Of a stretch of DNA of 64,000 nt, positions 24,273 to 33,634 are shown piece by piece. The first letter of the stretch is position 1, and the number at the start of each line of letters is the position of its first letter. Below the pieces are notes generated by a model. That model saw only the letters and a program-made list of their open reading frames with translations. It was not told the origin of the DNA and searched no databases. Origin of the DNA: Alphaproteobacteria bacterium (lineage in GTDB: Bacteria; Pseudomonadota; Alphaproteobacteria; UBA828); NCBI GenBank assembly GCA_963667785.2, contig CAXXMU010000006.1, positions 352,001-416,000 of the forward strand. The letters are read 5' to 3'. Both the position numbers and the translations under genes were made by a program.

Positions 24273-24379
24273 CCCTCCTCCCGTGGAAGGTCTCGGTCCG
24301 GCGAACGGTAATCAGCCGAAGCGGCGGGTTCAACCGCCGAGCCGCAGCCCCCCGCCCCCGTGGTCGCCGCGCTCCGGCG

Positions 24380-26764
24380 TCATGCGCACTTCGAGTAGCC
24401 GCAGGAGGGGCACAGGTCGCAGCCTTCGCGATGCAGCAGGCCGGGCTGTCCGCAGCGCACGCAGAGCCGCGGCGGCGCCCCCTGCACGCCCTCGCCGTCA
24501 GCCGCCTCCGGGGCCGGCAGGGCGGCCCCGGCCTCCGGCGGCGCGAGCGCGCCGATGCTGACGAGATGCCGCTCGATCACGCTGCCGATGGCGGCGAGGA
24601 TGGAGGGCACGTAGTGGCCGCCCATCCACTGGCCGCCGCGCGGGTCGAACACCGCCTTGAGCTCGTCGACGATGAACGACACGTCGCCGCCCCGGCGAAA
24701 GACGGCGCTGATCATCCGCGTCAGCGCCACCGTCCAGGCATAGTGCTCGGTGTTCTTCGAGTTGATGAAGATCTCGAAGGGCTGCCGCCGCCCGTCGCGG
24801 ACGACGTCGTTGATGGTGATGTAGATGGCGTGGTCGCTCTCCGGCCAGCGGATCTTGTAGGTGCTGCCCTGCAGCGCCTCCGGCCGCTCCAGCGGCTGGG
24901 TCATGTGGATCACGGCGCCGGCTTCGTAGGCATCCTCGGGCCGCGCCGGCGGCGACTCGAGCGGCAGCTCGCTCTGCCGGGCGAGCGGCAGGATCTCGGC
25001 CGTCCTCGCCGCCGGCCCAGCGGACTCCTCCTCGGCCGCGGCGGCGCCCTCGCTCCCCGTCGCGTCGCCGCGCGCGGTCTCCAGCACCGCGCCCGTCACC
25101 GGATTGGGCCGGTAGGTCGTGCATCCCTTGCAGCCGAGATCGAAGGCCTGCATGTAGACCTCCCTGAAGTCGTCGAACGCCATCTCCTCCGGGCAGTTGA
25201 TGGTCTTCGAGATGGAGCTGTCGACGAAGGCCTGCGCCTGCGCCTGGACGGCGAGGTGATCGGCCGGGCGGAGCGACTGGGCATCGACGAAGTAGTCGGG
25301 CAGTTGCGCCGCCTCGCCCTTCAGCCGGCGATAGAGCAGGTAGGCGTGGTCGTCTACGGTCTCCGCGCGGCGCGTGCCGTCGGGCATGAGCACGTTGCGC
25401 GTGTAGGAATAGCTGAACACCGGCTCGATGCCGGACGAGACATTGCCCGCGAGCAGCGAAATCGTGCCGGTCGGCGCCACCGAGGTGAGCAGCGCATTGC
25501 GCACGCCCGATTCGGCGATCGCCGCGCGCACATCGTCGTCGAGGCGCCGGACGGTCGGGCTCTCCGCATAGCGCGCGGCATCGTAGAGGGGAAAGGGTCC
25601 CTTCTCCGCCGCAAGACGCGCGGACGCCAGATAGGCCGCCCGCTGCAGGGTGCGCATCCACTGCTCGATCAGCACGCCCGCCGCGTCGCTGCCGTAGCGG
25701 GCCCGGCACATGATGAGGGCGTCGGCGAGCCCGGTGACGCCGAGCCCGATGCGGCGCTTGGCCGTCGCTTCCTCCTGCTGCGCCGCGATCGGGAAGCGTG
25801 AGCAGTCGATCGCGTTGTCGAGCATCCTGACAGCGGTCGCGGCCAGCGCCTGCAGGGCCGCCGTGTCGAGGGTCGCGTCCTTCTCGAACGGCTCTCTCAC
25901 CAGGCTCGCCAGGTTGATCGACCCCAGAAGGCAGGCGCCATAGGGCGGAAGCGGCTGCTCGCCGCAGGGATTGGTGGCGAAGATCTCCTCGCAGTAGGCG
26001 AGGTTGTTGGCCTGATTGATGCGGTCGATGAAGATCACTCCGGGCTCGGCGTAGGCGTAGGTCGAGCGGATGATCCGCTCCCAGAGCGCGCGCGCGGACA
26101 CGGTGCGGTAGACGACTCCGTCGAAGGCGAGCTCCCAGGGAGCGTTGTCCTTGACCGCCTGCATGAAGGCATCGCTCACCAGCACCGAGAGGTTGAACAT
26201 GCGCAGCCGACCGGGGTCGCGCTTCGCCTCGATGAAGGCCTCGATATCGGGATGGTCGCAGCGCAGGCACCCCATCATCGCGCCGCGGCGAAAGCCCGCG
26301 CTCATGATCGTCCTGCACATCGCGTCCCAGACATCCATGAAGGGCAGCGGGCCCGAGGCATCGGCGCCGACTCCCTTGACCGGCGCCCCCTTGGGCCGGA
26401 GGGTGGAGAAGTCGTAGCCGATGCCGCCGCCCTGCTGCATGGTCAGCGCGGCTTCCTTCAGGTGCTGGAAGATCGCCGACATGTCGTCGCCGATCCGCCC
26501 CATCACGAAGCAGTTGAAGAGCGTGACCTGGCGATCGGCCCCGGCGCCGGCGAGGATGCGGCCCGCCGGCAGGAACTTGAACCCTTCGAGGGCGTCGTAG
26601 AACGCGGGCTCCCAGCGCGCGGGCTCCGCCTCGACCGAGGCGAGCGCCCGCGCCACCCGGCGCCAGCTGTCCTCGATCGTGCCGTCGACGGGCGTGCCGT
26701 CCGGCGCCTTCAGGCGGTACTTCATGTCCCAGATCCGGGACGAGATCGGCAGCATGTCGGTCAT
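24380..26764 (-). CDS. nrdJ: Adenosylcobalamin-dependent (class II) ribonucleotide reductase
   Basis: PAGRIL, LFNCFV, ATNPCGEQ, APTGTIS and KGCTTYR motifs; TSCPD-like domain and C-terminal Cys cluster; start about 26764. Confidence 0.95.
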   Translation of the reverse strand: MTDMLPISSRIWDMKYRLKAPDGTPVDGTIEDSWRRVARALASVEAEPARWEPAFYDALEGFKFLPAGRILAGAGADRQVTLFNCFVMGRIGDDMSAIFQHLKEAALTMQQGGGIGYDFSTLRPKGAPVKGVGADASGPLPFMDVWDAMCRTIMSAGFRRGAMMGCLRCDHPDIEAFIEAKRDPGRLRMFNLSVLVSDAFMQAVKDNAPWELAFDGVVYRTVSARALWERIIRSTYAYAEPGVIFIDRINQANNLAYCEEIFATNPCGEQPLPPYGACLLGSINLASLVREPFEKDATLDTAALQALAATAVRMLDNAIDCSRFPIAAQQEEATAKRRIGLGVTGLADALIMCRARYGSDAAGVLIEQWMRTLQRAAYLASARLAAEKGPFPLYDAARYAESPTVRRLDDDVRAAIAESGVRNALLTSVAPTGTISLLAGNVSSGIEPVFSYSYTRNVLMPDGTRRAETVDDHAYLLYRRLKGEAAQLPDYFVDAQSLRPADHLAVQAQAQAFVDSSISKTINCPEEMAFDDFREVYMQAFDLGCKGCTTYRPNPVTGAVLETARGDATGSEGAAAAEEESAGPAARTAEILPLARQSELPLESPPARPEDAYEAGAVIHMTQPLERPEALQGSTYKIRWPESDHAIYITINDVVRDGRRQPFEIFINSKNTEHYAWTVALTRMISAVFRRGGDVSFIVDELKAVFDPRGGQWMGGHYVPSILAAIGSVIERHLVSIGALAPPEAGAALPAPEAADGEGVQGAPPRLCVRCGQPGLLHREGCDLCPSCGYSKCA

Positions 26765-26815
26765 GGCCGGCCCGGCGCGCCTGCGTGCGCCGCCATCCCC
26801 CCGTCGTGCCCGATT

Positions 26816-26878
26816 GTTCGCTTTTTGTTTCCCACGCTGCACACTCTACCGCTGACGCGCCCTTCATACAATATAGTG
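26816..26878. promoter_or_regulatory. LexA-like box and NrdR-like box upstream of nrdJ
   Basis: GTTC-N7-GTTT at 26816-26830; CAATATAGTG at 26869-26878 (9/10 to core CwATATATwG). Confidence 0.5.
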
Positions 26879-26918
26879 CGACCGCGCGACGAACAGGCCG
26901 GCAGCGGGAGCGGGAGGC

Positions 26919-27707
26919 CTATCCCCCGCCGGCCGCGGCCGTGCTGCCAGGCTGCGCGGAGTCCTCGGCCGGAGCGCCGTAGAGCTCCGCGAACAATCTG
27001 TGCGAGGCCTCCTCCATCGTCGATTCGAGGCGTTCCATGAACTCGCGCCTGGGCAGACCGGCCGGTATCGGCGGCAGATACTCCATGACGATGGTCCCGG
27101 GATAGCGCCTGAAGGAGCCCTTGGGCCAGTGCATGCCGGAATTGAGGACGACCGGGACCACGGGCACGTCGAGCGCGCCGTAGAGCGCGGCGACGCCGGG
27201 CCGGTAGGGCAGCTTCGCCCCCGGCCTGACCCGGGTTCCCTCGGGGAAGATGACGACCGGCCGGCCGCGGGCCACCGCCTTCTGCGCACCCTTGACGAGC
27301 GCCCGCAGCGACTTGGCGCCGCCGTGGCGGTCGACGAAGATCATGTTCACCTTGGCGGAGAACCAGCCGTAGCCGGGAACGTAGGAGAGCTCCTTCTTGA
27401 TGACGTAGGCCGGGTCGTCGAGCTCGTGCAGGAAGACGTGGGCTTCCCACTCCGACTGGTGCTTGGAGGCGATGATCGCAGGCCCGGAGGGCCTATGCTG
27501 GCGGTTGCGGATCTCGGAACGGACGCCCGCGATGATCCGGAGCAGCACGCCGTTGCCCGCCGACCAGGTGATCACGAATTGGCGGAAGAGCGGGCGCGGC
27601 AGCAGCAGCGCCGGCACCATGACGGTGCCGATCATCACCCCCCAGGTGTAGAACGCGACCGTGCAGAGCGCGGAGCGCAGCGTGTTCCCCAAGGTGTGCG
27701 ACGGCAC
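26919..27707 (-). CDS. plsC: 1-acyl-sn-glycerol-3-phosphate acyltransferase family protein (start uncertain, 27707 or 27692)
   Basis: KHQS.WE, FVDR and IFPEGTR motifs. Confidence 0.9.
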   Translation of the reverse strand: MPSHTLGNTLRSALCTVAFYTWGVMIGTVMVPALLLPRPLFRQFVITWSAGNGVLLRIIAGVRSEIRNRQHRPSGPAIIASKHQSEWEAHVFLHELDDPAYVIKKELSYVPGYGWFSAKVNMIFVDRHGGAKSLRALVKGAQKAVARGRPVVIFPEGTRVRPGAKLPYRPGVAALYGALDVPVVPVVLNSGMHWPKGSFRRYPGTIVMEYLPPIPAGLPRREFMERLESTMEEASHRLFAELYGAPAEDSAQPGSTAAAGGG

Positions 27708-28321
27708 GTGCCGAAACCCAACGTCCGGCGCGCCAGCGTCCACAGATACTTGGTGAACTCGCTCGCGATCAGGCCCGCGGTCCCGCGATAACGCCACCAA
27801 TGCTCGACCTTGACGTGTTCCGGAAACACAGGATGTGCCACGAGGGTAGCACTTGGCATGGCGCTGCGGAACTCCATCATCGCCCGCTTCATGTGATAGC
27901 CGCTGGTGACGAGACGCAGGCTGGAGAAGGAGTGGCTCTGCATCCATGCCGCCGCCTCCCGCGCGTTCGCGGCGGTGTCGTCCGCCTCGTAGCCGAGCTC
28001 CACGCAGCAGGCCCAGAGCGCGGGATCGTGGCGCTCGCTCAGCTCGGCGTGCTCGACGCCCTCGCCCACACCGGTCACGAAGAGTATCTGCGCGAGGCCG
28101 CCCTCGAGCAGGCGCATCCCCTCCTCCAGCCTGCCGGAGCCGCCGGTCGGCACGACGATGGCCTCGGTGGCGAGCGCCGGCCGCTCGGGTCCCTGGCGCG
28201 ATGCCTCCGCGAACCAGGCGAGACCGCCGGACCAGAGCAGGGCTAGCAGCGCGACTGCCGCGAGCGCCGCCTGCAGGGTGCGGAGCGCGCCGCGGCGGGC
28301 GGAGAGGCCCGGGCCGGCCAT
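27635..28321 (-). CDS. YdcF/DUF218 family protein
   Basis: N-terminal TM; AIVV.TGG..R, T..NA.E, LVTS.YHM.RA and E..KY motifs. Confidence 0.9.
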   Translation of the reverse strand: MAGPGLSARRGALRTLQAALAAVALLALLWSGGLAWFAEASRQGPERPALATEAIVVPTGGSGRLEEGMRLLEGGLAQILFVTGVGEGVEHAELSERHDPALWACCVELGYEADDTAANAREAAAWMQSHSFSSLRLVTSGYHMKRAMMEFRSAMPSATLVAHPVFPEHVKVEHWWRYRGTAGLIASEFTKYLWTLARRTLGFGTCRRTPWGTRCAPRSARSRSTPGG

Positions 28322-28481
28322 GTCAGGCGGCCCTCCCGGCTGCCGGCTGGCGCCGGATGCGCACGCACGCCCGTCCCTCGCCCGGCCGCGCAGGCTTGAC
28401 AGGGCAGGTCACAAGGTGACTTGGTCTCAGTGCCCGCATGACGGGCCTCGTCGCTGAGAGAAGGCGCCTCCCCGCATCCCG

Positions 28482-29102
28482 ATGATCATACGCTGCTCCG
28501 CCTGCGACACGCGCTATCGGATCGACCCGACCGAACTCGGTATCTCCGGCCGAAAGCTGCGCTGCACGCGCTGCGGTCATCTCTGGCTCGAGCTGCCCTC
28601 GGCCGGTGGGGCCGCATTGTCCGGGGCGCCGCAGCAGGCACAGGCGACGCGCCGGAGCTGGTCCGACGGAGCCGGCTGGTTCGTAGCGGGCCTCGTCATC
28701 GCTGTCGTCGTCGCCGGGCTCGCGCTCGCGCGCAACGGGATCGTCGCCGCGTGGCCGGACACGGTGCAGCACTACGATTTCGTCGGTCTCTCGATCGCGA
28801 CTCCGCTCGCCGACGGGCTCCGCGTCACGGACGTCCGGTCCGAGCGCGTGAAGGACGGCGACAGGACGGTCCTGCTCCTGCAGGGTACTGTCGAGAACAT
28901 CATCGGATCGAGTCGCACCGTGCCCCCTCTGCGGGCGGTGCTCACCGCCGAGGACGGCGCGGAGCTGCAGCACTGGCGGGTGGCGCCGGTTGCGCGCGTC
29001 CTGGACGGCGGGGATTCGACGGCGTTCGTCAGCTGGCTCGCGGACCCGCCCGAAGCTGCGACGCGGGTGTCGGTCGACTTCCTCGCGGACGAGCCGGGAT
29101 AG
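28482..29102 (+). CDS. Zinc-ribbon (MJ0042-type) / DUF3426-like membrane protein
   Basis: CSACDTRY...RKLRCTRCGH.W, one TM, then a periplasmic domain. Confidence 0.85.
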   Translation: MIIRCSACDTRYRIDPTELGISGRKLRCTRCGHLWLELPSAGGAALSGAPQQAQATRRSWSDGAGWFVAGLVIAVVVAGLALARNGIVAAWPDTVQHYDFVGLSIATPLADGLRVTDVRSERVKDGDRTVLLLQGTVENIIGSSRTVPPLRAVLTAEDGAELQHWRVAPVARVLDGGDSTAFVSWLADPPEAATRVSVDFLADEPG

Positions 29103-29125
29103 CCCGCGGCGGAGCGGACCCTCTC

Positions 29126-30394
29126 TCAGGCGAGCCAGGGCGGGACCACATCGCGCGCCAGCAGCGCCTCGTGGTCCTGGCGCGGCCGGACAGGAGCGAG
29201 GGCATCGCCCCGCACCATGACCTCGGCGGGCAGCGGGCGCCCGTTGTAGGTGGATGCCATGACGGCGCCGTAGGCGCCCACGTCGCGCACCGCCAGCAGG
29301 TCGCCGGCCGCGAGCGGCGGCAGCCTGCGCCCGCGACCCAGCACGTCCCCGCTCTCGCAGACCGGCCCGGCGATGTCGGTCTCCACCGTGGCACCGCCCG
29401 GCGCGGGCTCGACCACCGGGTCTATGGCGTGCCAGGCGTCGTAGAGCGCAGGGCGGAGCAGATCGTTCATGGCGGCGTCGACGATCGCCCAGCGCCGCTC
29501 GCCGGCCTGCTTGACCGCGATCACGCGGGTGAGCAGCACACCTGCCGGCGCCACCAGCCAGCGCCCCGGCTCGATCACCACCGTCACGCCGAGCCGCTGG
29601 CGGACCCGCTCGACCAGCAGGCCGTAGGCGGCGACATCGGGCGGCGTCTCGTCCCGGTAGCGCACGCCGAGCCCGCCGCCGAGGTTGACCCGCGTCACCG
29701 GGTGGCCCGCCGCCCGCAGGCCTTCCACCAGGTCGATCAGCCGCTCGTAGGCGGCCTCGAAGGGCGCGAGCCGTGAGAGCTGCGAGCCGATATGCACGGC
29801 GAGGCCGAGAGGCTCGATCCCTTCCAGCGCGGCGGCATGCGCGTAGAGCGCCGGAATCTCCGCGTCGTCGATCCCGAACTTGTCGCCGCGCCGGCCGGTG
29901 GCGATCTTCTCGTGGGTCCCGGCATCGACGTCGGGGTTGACCCGCAGCGCGACCGGCGCCTTCGTGCCCTGGGCGCCGGCGGCCGCATCGAGCGCGTCGA
30001 GTTCGGCCGGCGATTCGACGTTGAACTGCCCGATCCCGGCGGCAAGCGCCTGGTCCATCTCGTCCCGCGTCTTGCCGGGGCCGGCGAAGACCAGCCGCTC
30101 CGGCGCCACGCCGGCCCGGAGCGCGCCATGCATCTCGCCGCCCGAGATGATGTCGGCCCCGGCGCCGAGGCGGGCGAAGGTGCGGATCACCGCAACCGCG
30201 TCGTTCGCCTTGACCGCGTAGCAGATGAGCGCGCCCGGCGCCGCCTCGGCCAGGGCCCGGTAGCGGTCGACCAGCAGCGCATTGGCGTAGCAGTAGGTGG
30301 GCGTACCGAAGCGCGCGGCGACCGCCGGCAACGAGACTCCCTCGGCGTGCAGGACGCGGGCGCCGTTCTCCTCGCGATAGGCGAAGGCCTCCAC
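29126..30394 (-). CDS. lysA: Diaminopimelate decarboxylase
   Basis: YAVKAN, HIGSQ, GGGLG, EPGR, GPVCESGD and GAYG..M.S.YN.RP motifs. Confidence 0.97.
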   Translation of the reverse strand: MEAFAYREENGARVLHAEGVSLPAVAARFGTPTYCYANALLVDRYRALAEAAPGALICYAVKANDAVAVIRTFARLGAGADIISGGEMHGALRAGVAPERLVFAGPGKTRDEMDQALAAGIGQFNVESPAELDALDAAAGAQGTKAPVALRVNPDVDAGTHEKIATGRRGDKFGIDDAEIPALYAHAAALEGIEPLGLAVHIGSQLSRLAPFEAAYERLIDLVEGLRAAGHPVTRVNLGGGLGVRYRDETPPDVAAYGLLVERVRQRLGVTVVIEPGRWLVAPAGVLLTRVIAVKQAGERRWAIVDAAMNDLLRPALYDAWHAIDPVVEPAPGGATVETDIAGPVCESGDVLGRGRRLPPLAAGDLLAVRDVGAYGAVMASTYNGRPLPAEVMVRGDALAPVRPRQDHEALLARDVVPPWLA

Positions 30395-30406
30395 GGCAGG
30401 CGTCCC

Positions 30407-30547
30407 TCAGCCCGCCGGCAGCCCGAGCTCGATCCGGGCTTCGGCAGGGGGCGGCTCGAGCGGCCCCTTCCTGCCGCAGCTGGACAGCGCCACGACCAGG
30501 CCGATCGCGGCAATGATCGTCATCAGCAGGCTGAGTTTGCGGATCAT
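30407..30547 (-). CDS. Small lipoprotein (LptM/YifL-like)
   Basis: MIRKLSLLMTIIAAIGLVVALSSCGRKGPLEPP: lipobox plus CG.KGPL motif, in the conserved position between argH and lysA. Confidence 0.85.
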   Translation of the reverse strand: MIRKLSLLMTIIAAIGLVVALSSCGRKGPLEPPPAEARIELGLPAG

Positions 30548-30600
30548 GTGAGCGGCCCCTCCGAGCGGCCTCCCTGCCCCTGCCGGCGCGAACGTGCCTC

Positions 30601-32037
30601 TTACAGGAAACGCTGGCGGGCGCGGGCAATCTGCTTCGCGACCTCGCTGGGCGCGGTGCCACCCTCGCTGGTGCGGCGCGCGATCGCCCGTGCGGGGTCG
30701 AGCAGCGCCAGCGCGTCTGCCGTGATGCGCGGCTCGATGGCCTGCAGGTCGTCGAGCGCCAGGTCCTTGAGATCGCAGCCGCTCTCGTCGGCGTGCTTCA
30801 CCACCCGTCCGGTGATGGCGTGCGCCTCGCGGAACGGCAGCCCCGCCTCCTGCACCAGCCAGTCGGCGAGATCGGTCGCGGTCGCGTGGCCGGTGCCGGC
30901 GGCGCGCGCCATCGCACCCTCGTGCACGGTCATGTCGCGCACCATCCCGGTCGCGGCCGCGAGGCAAAGCTCGAGGGAATCGAAGGCATTGAAGAGAGGC
31001 TCCTTGTCCTCCTGCATGTCCTTCGAGTAGGTCAGCGCGAGGCCCTTCATCACCGTGAGCAGAGCGATCAGCGCGCCAACGATGCGCCCGGACTTGCCGC
31101 GCACCAGCTCGGCGGCGTCCGGATTGCGCTTCTGCGGCATGATCGAGCTGCCGGTCGAGAAGCGGTCGGAGAGCGTGATGAAGCCGAACTGCGCGCTCGA
31201 CCAGAGGACCAGCTCCTCGGCGAGGCGCGACAAGTGCGTGGCGATCAGCGCGGCCGCCGCGAGCGCCTCGATCACGAAGTCGCGGTCCGAGACGGCGTCG
31301 ATGGAGTTGGCCGCGGGCCGGTCGAAGCCGAGCTGCTCGGCGGTCATGGCACGGTCGATGGGGTACGAGGTGCCGGCGAGCGCGGCGGCGCCGAGCGGCG
31401 ATTCGTTGAGCCGCCGGCGGCAGTCCGCAAGCCGCCCGCGGTCGCGCCCGATCATCTCCACGTAGGCGAGCAGGTGATGGCCGAGGGAGATCGGCTGGGC
31501 GACCTGGAGGTGGGTGAAGCCGGGCATGACGGTGGCCGCGTGCTCCTCGGCCCGGTCGACGAACGCGGCCTGCAGGCCCCGGCACGCCTCGTCGGCGCGG
31601 TCGAGGCTCGCGCGCAACCACAGCCTGAGGTCGGTCGCCACCTGATCGTTGCGCGAGCGCGCGGTATGCAGACGACCCGCCGCCGGGCCGATCAGCGCCG
31701 CCAGCCGGGCCTCGACGTTCATGTGGATGTCCTCGAGGCCGCGGTCGAAGGGAAAGCCGCCGGCCTCGATCTCGGCGCGCACCCGGTCGAGGCCGCCCAC
31801 GATCGCGTCTGCGTCCTCCCGCGTCACGATGCCCTGCTTCGCCAGCATGGTCACGTGGGCGATCGAGCCCTCGATGTCCTCGGCATAGAGCCTGCGGTCG
31901 AAGTCGACCGACGCGTTGATCGCCTCCATCACCGCGTCCGGCGACGACGAGAAGCGGCCGCCCCACATGCGGTTGGGGGCGTCGCCATCGTCCACCTCGG
32001 TCGGCGGCGGCTCGGTCGGGGATCGTTTGCGCGTCAT
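30601..32037 (-). CDS. argH: Argininosuccinate lyase
   Basis: MWGGRF, EDIHM, RSRNDQ and [12 protein letters not shown] motifs. Confidence 0.98.
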   Translation of the reverse strand: MTRKRSPTEPPPTEVDDGDAPNRMWGGRFSSSPDAVMEAINASVDFDRRLYAEDIEGSIAHVTMLAKQGIVTREDADAIVGGLDRVRAEIEAGGFPFDRGLEDIHMNVEARLAALIGPAAGRLHTARSRNDQVATDLRLWLRASLDRADEACRGLQAAFVDRAEEHAATVMPGFTHLQVAQPISLGHHLLAYVEMIGRDRGRLADCRRRLNESPLGAAALAGTSYPIDRAMTAEQLGFDRPAANSIDAVSDRDFVIEALAAAALIATHLSRLAEELVLWSSAQFGFITLSDRFSTGSSIMPQKRNPDAAELVRGKSGRIVGALIALLTVMKGLALTYSKDMQEDKEPLFNAFDSLELCLAAATGMVRDMTVHEGAMARAAGTGHATATDLADWLVQEAGLPFREAHAITGRVVKHADESGCDLKDLALDDLQAIEPRITADALALLDPARAIARRTSEGGTAPSEVAKQIARARQRFL

Positions 32038-32159
32038 CGGTCGGCGACTCCGGCACCGTCCTCCCTAGTATCGCAGAGCGGCGCCGGGAATAGGAGCCGC
32101 CTGCCGTGCGCAGCGCGGAGTTCTGGAACCCCGTGCGCCGGCATGGCACCCTGCACCCC

Positions 32160-33053
32160 ATGGGCAGCAGGCGGCAATTCATCGTCAAGCCGGAGCCGGA
32201 CGATACGCGCCTCACGCGGCTTCTGGCGGGCGTCGACCAGGAGGGCGCGGCGGTCGAGGCGCGCGTCGTCGAGGAGCGGCCGCTGACTCTCTTCCTCAAT
32301 GCCCAGGAGATCGTCACGGTGATGACGATCCGCGACTACCCCGACTACCTGGCGCTCGGCTATCTGCTCAACCAGAACATGCTGCGCCACGACGACGAGG
32401 TGACCGGCGTCGAGTACGACGAGGACATCGAAACGGTCGTCGTCCGCACCAGGCGGGCGACCGACTACGAGGAGACGCTGCGCAAGAAGACGCTGACCTC
32501 CGGCTGTGCCCAGGGCACCGTGTTCGGCGACCTGATGGAACGCTTCGAGGCGACGGTGCTGGACCCGGACGCTCGCCTCAGGACCTCGTGGCTCTATGCG
32601 CTGAGCCGGGCGATCAACATGCAGCCGAGCCTCTATCTCGCGGCCGGCGCCATCCACGGCTGCGTGCTGTGCGAGGAGGGGCGGCCGCTCATCTACATGG
32701 AGGACGTCGGGCGCCACAACGCGATCGACAAGATCGCGGGCTACATGTTCCGCCATCGCATCGAGACCTCCGGCAAGATCATGTACACCACGGGCCGGCT
32801 CACCAGCGAAATGGTGATCAAGACGGTGACGATGGGCATTCCGATCCTGATCTCGCGCTCCGGCTTCACTGCCTGGGGGGTCGAGCTTGCGCGCCAGGCC
32901 GGGCTGACGTTGATCGGGCGCGCGCGCGGCAAGCGCTTCATCGCGCTCGCCGGCGCCGACCGCCTCGTCTACGACGCCGATGCGTCCGCCGTCGCCGAGG
33001 AGGCGAAGCACCACCGTCGCAAGGGGAGCGTCGCGGCCGAGGACGCCGCCTGA
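32160..33053 (+). CDS. fdhD: Formate dehydrogenase accessory sulfurtransferase
   Basis: E.PLT, TSGCAQG, EDVGRHNA.DK and TGRLTSEMV.K motifs. Confidence 0.92.
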   Translation: MGSRRQFIVKPEPDDTRLTRLLAGVDQEGAAVEARVVEERPLTLFLNAQEIVTVMTIRDYPDYLALGYLLNQNMLRHDDEVTGVEYDEDIETVVVRTRRATDYEETLRKKTLTSGCAQGTVFGDLMERFEATVLDPDARLRTSWLYALSRAINMQPSLYLAAGAIHGCVLCEEGRPLIYMEDVGRHNAIDKIAGYMFRHRIETSGKIMYTTGRLTSEMVIKTVTMGIPILISRSGFTAWGVELARQAGLTLIGRARGKRFIALAGADRLVYDADASAVAEEAKHHRRKGSVAAEDAA

Positions 33054-33121
33054 GCGCGCGGGCGGCGGATCGTCGAGACCGGCCACCCCCCTCTCGCCCA
33101 ACCCGATACCGGAGAAACGCC

Positions 33122-33589
33122 ATGATCGAGATCAACGGCATGGCGCATGTCGTGCTCACTGTGAGCCGATTCGACGAGGCGCGGGCGTTCTACTGCGAGC
33201 TGCTGCCCTTCCTCGGCATGCACAAGGTCTTCGACGGCAACGACTTCATCTATCACGTGGGCGGGCGCACCGCGCTCGGCATCCAGCGCGCGGCGCCGGC
33301 CCACGCGGGCGAGCGCTTCGTGCAGGGCCGGGTCGGGCTGCACCATCTCTGCCTGCGTGCGCGCTCGCGCGAGGACGTGGACAGGGCGGCGGCGAAGCTG
33401 CGCGAGATGGGGGCCGCGATCGACCGCGGGCCGATGGAGCGGGAGTGGGCGCCCGGCTACTACTTCGTCGTCTTCGAGGACCCGGACGGCATTCGCCTCG
33501 AGATCAACCACATCCCCGGCAAGGGCCTGCTCGCCGGCGACACCCCGGCCGCTCCGAGCGACGATCCGGACTGGGGCGCCAATCCCTAG
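33122..33589 (+). CDS. VOC/glyoxalase family protein
   Basis: Start ATG 33122; AHVVLTV...FY, GLHHLC and FEDPDGIRLE motifs. Confidence 0.9.
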   Translation: MIEINGMAHVVLTVSRFDEARAFYCELLPFLGMHKVFDGNDFIYHVGGRTALGIQRAAPAHAGERFVQGRVGLHHLCLRARSREDVDRAAAKLREMGAAIDRGPMEREWAPGYYFVVFEDPDGIRLEINHIPGKGLLAGDTPAAPSDDPDWGANP

Positions 33590-33621
33590 AGCGTATCAGT
33601 CTGTGACGGATACGCTCCAGG
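33585..33621. repeat. CTAGAGC-ended palindrome between convergent genes (possible terminator or minimal repeat element)
   Basis: CCTAGAGCGTATC-N11-GATACGCTCCAGG, 12/13 paired. Confidence 0.55.
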
Positions 33622-33634
33622 AATCCGGATGCCG

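Noticed and set aside
27635-27707. Overlap of about 60-70 bp between ydcF and plsC as a sign of pseudogenisation
   Set aside because: Both ORFs keep their family motifs; a drifted stop or uncertain start explains it.
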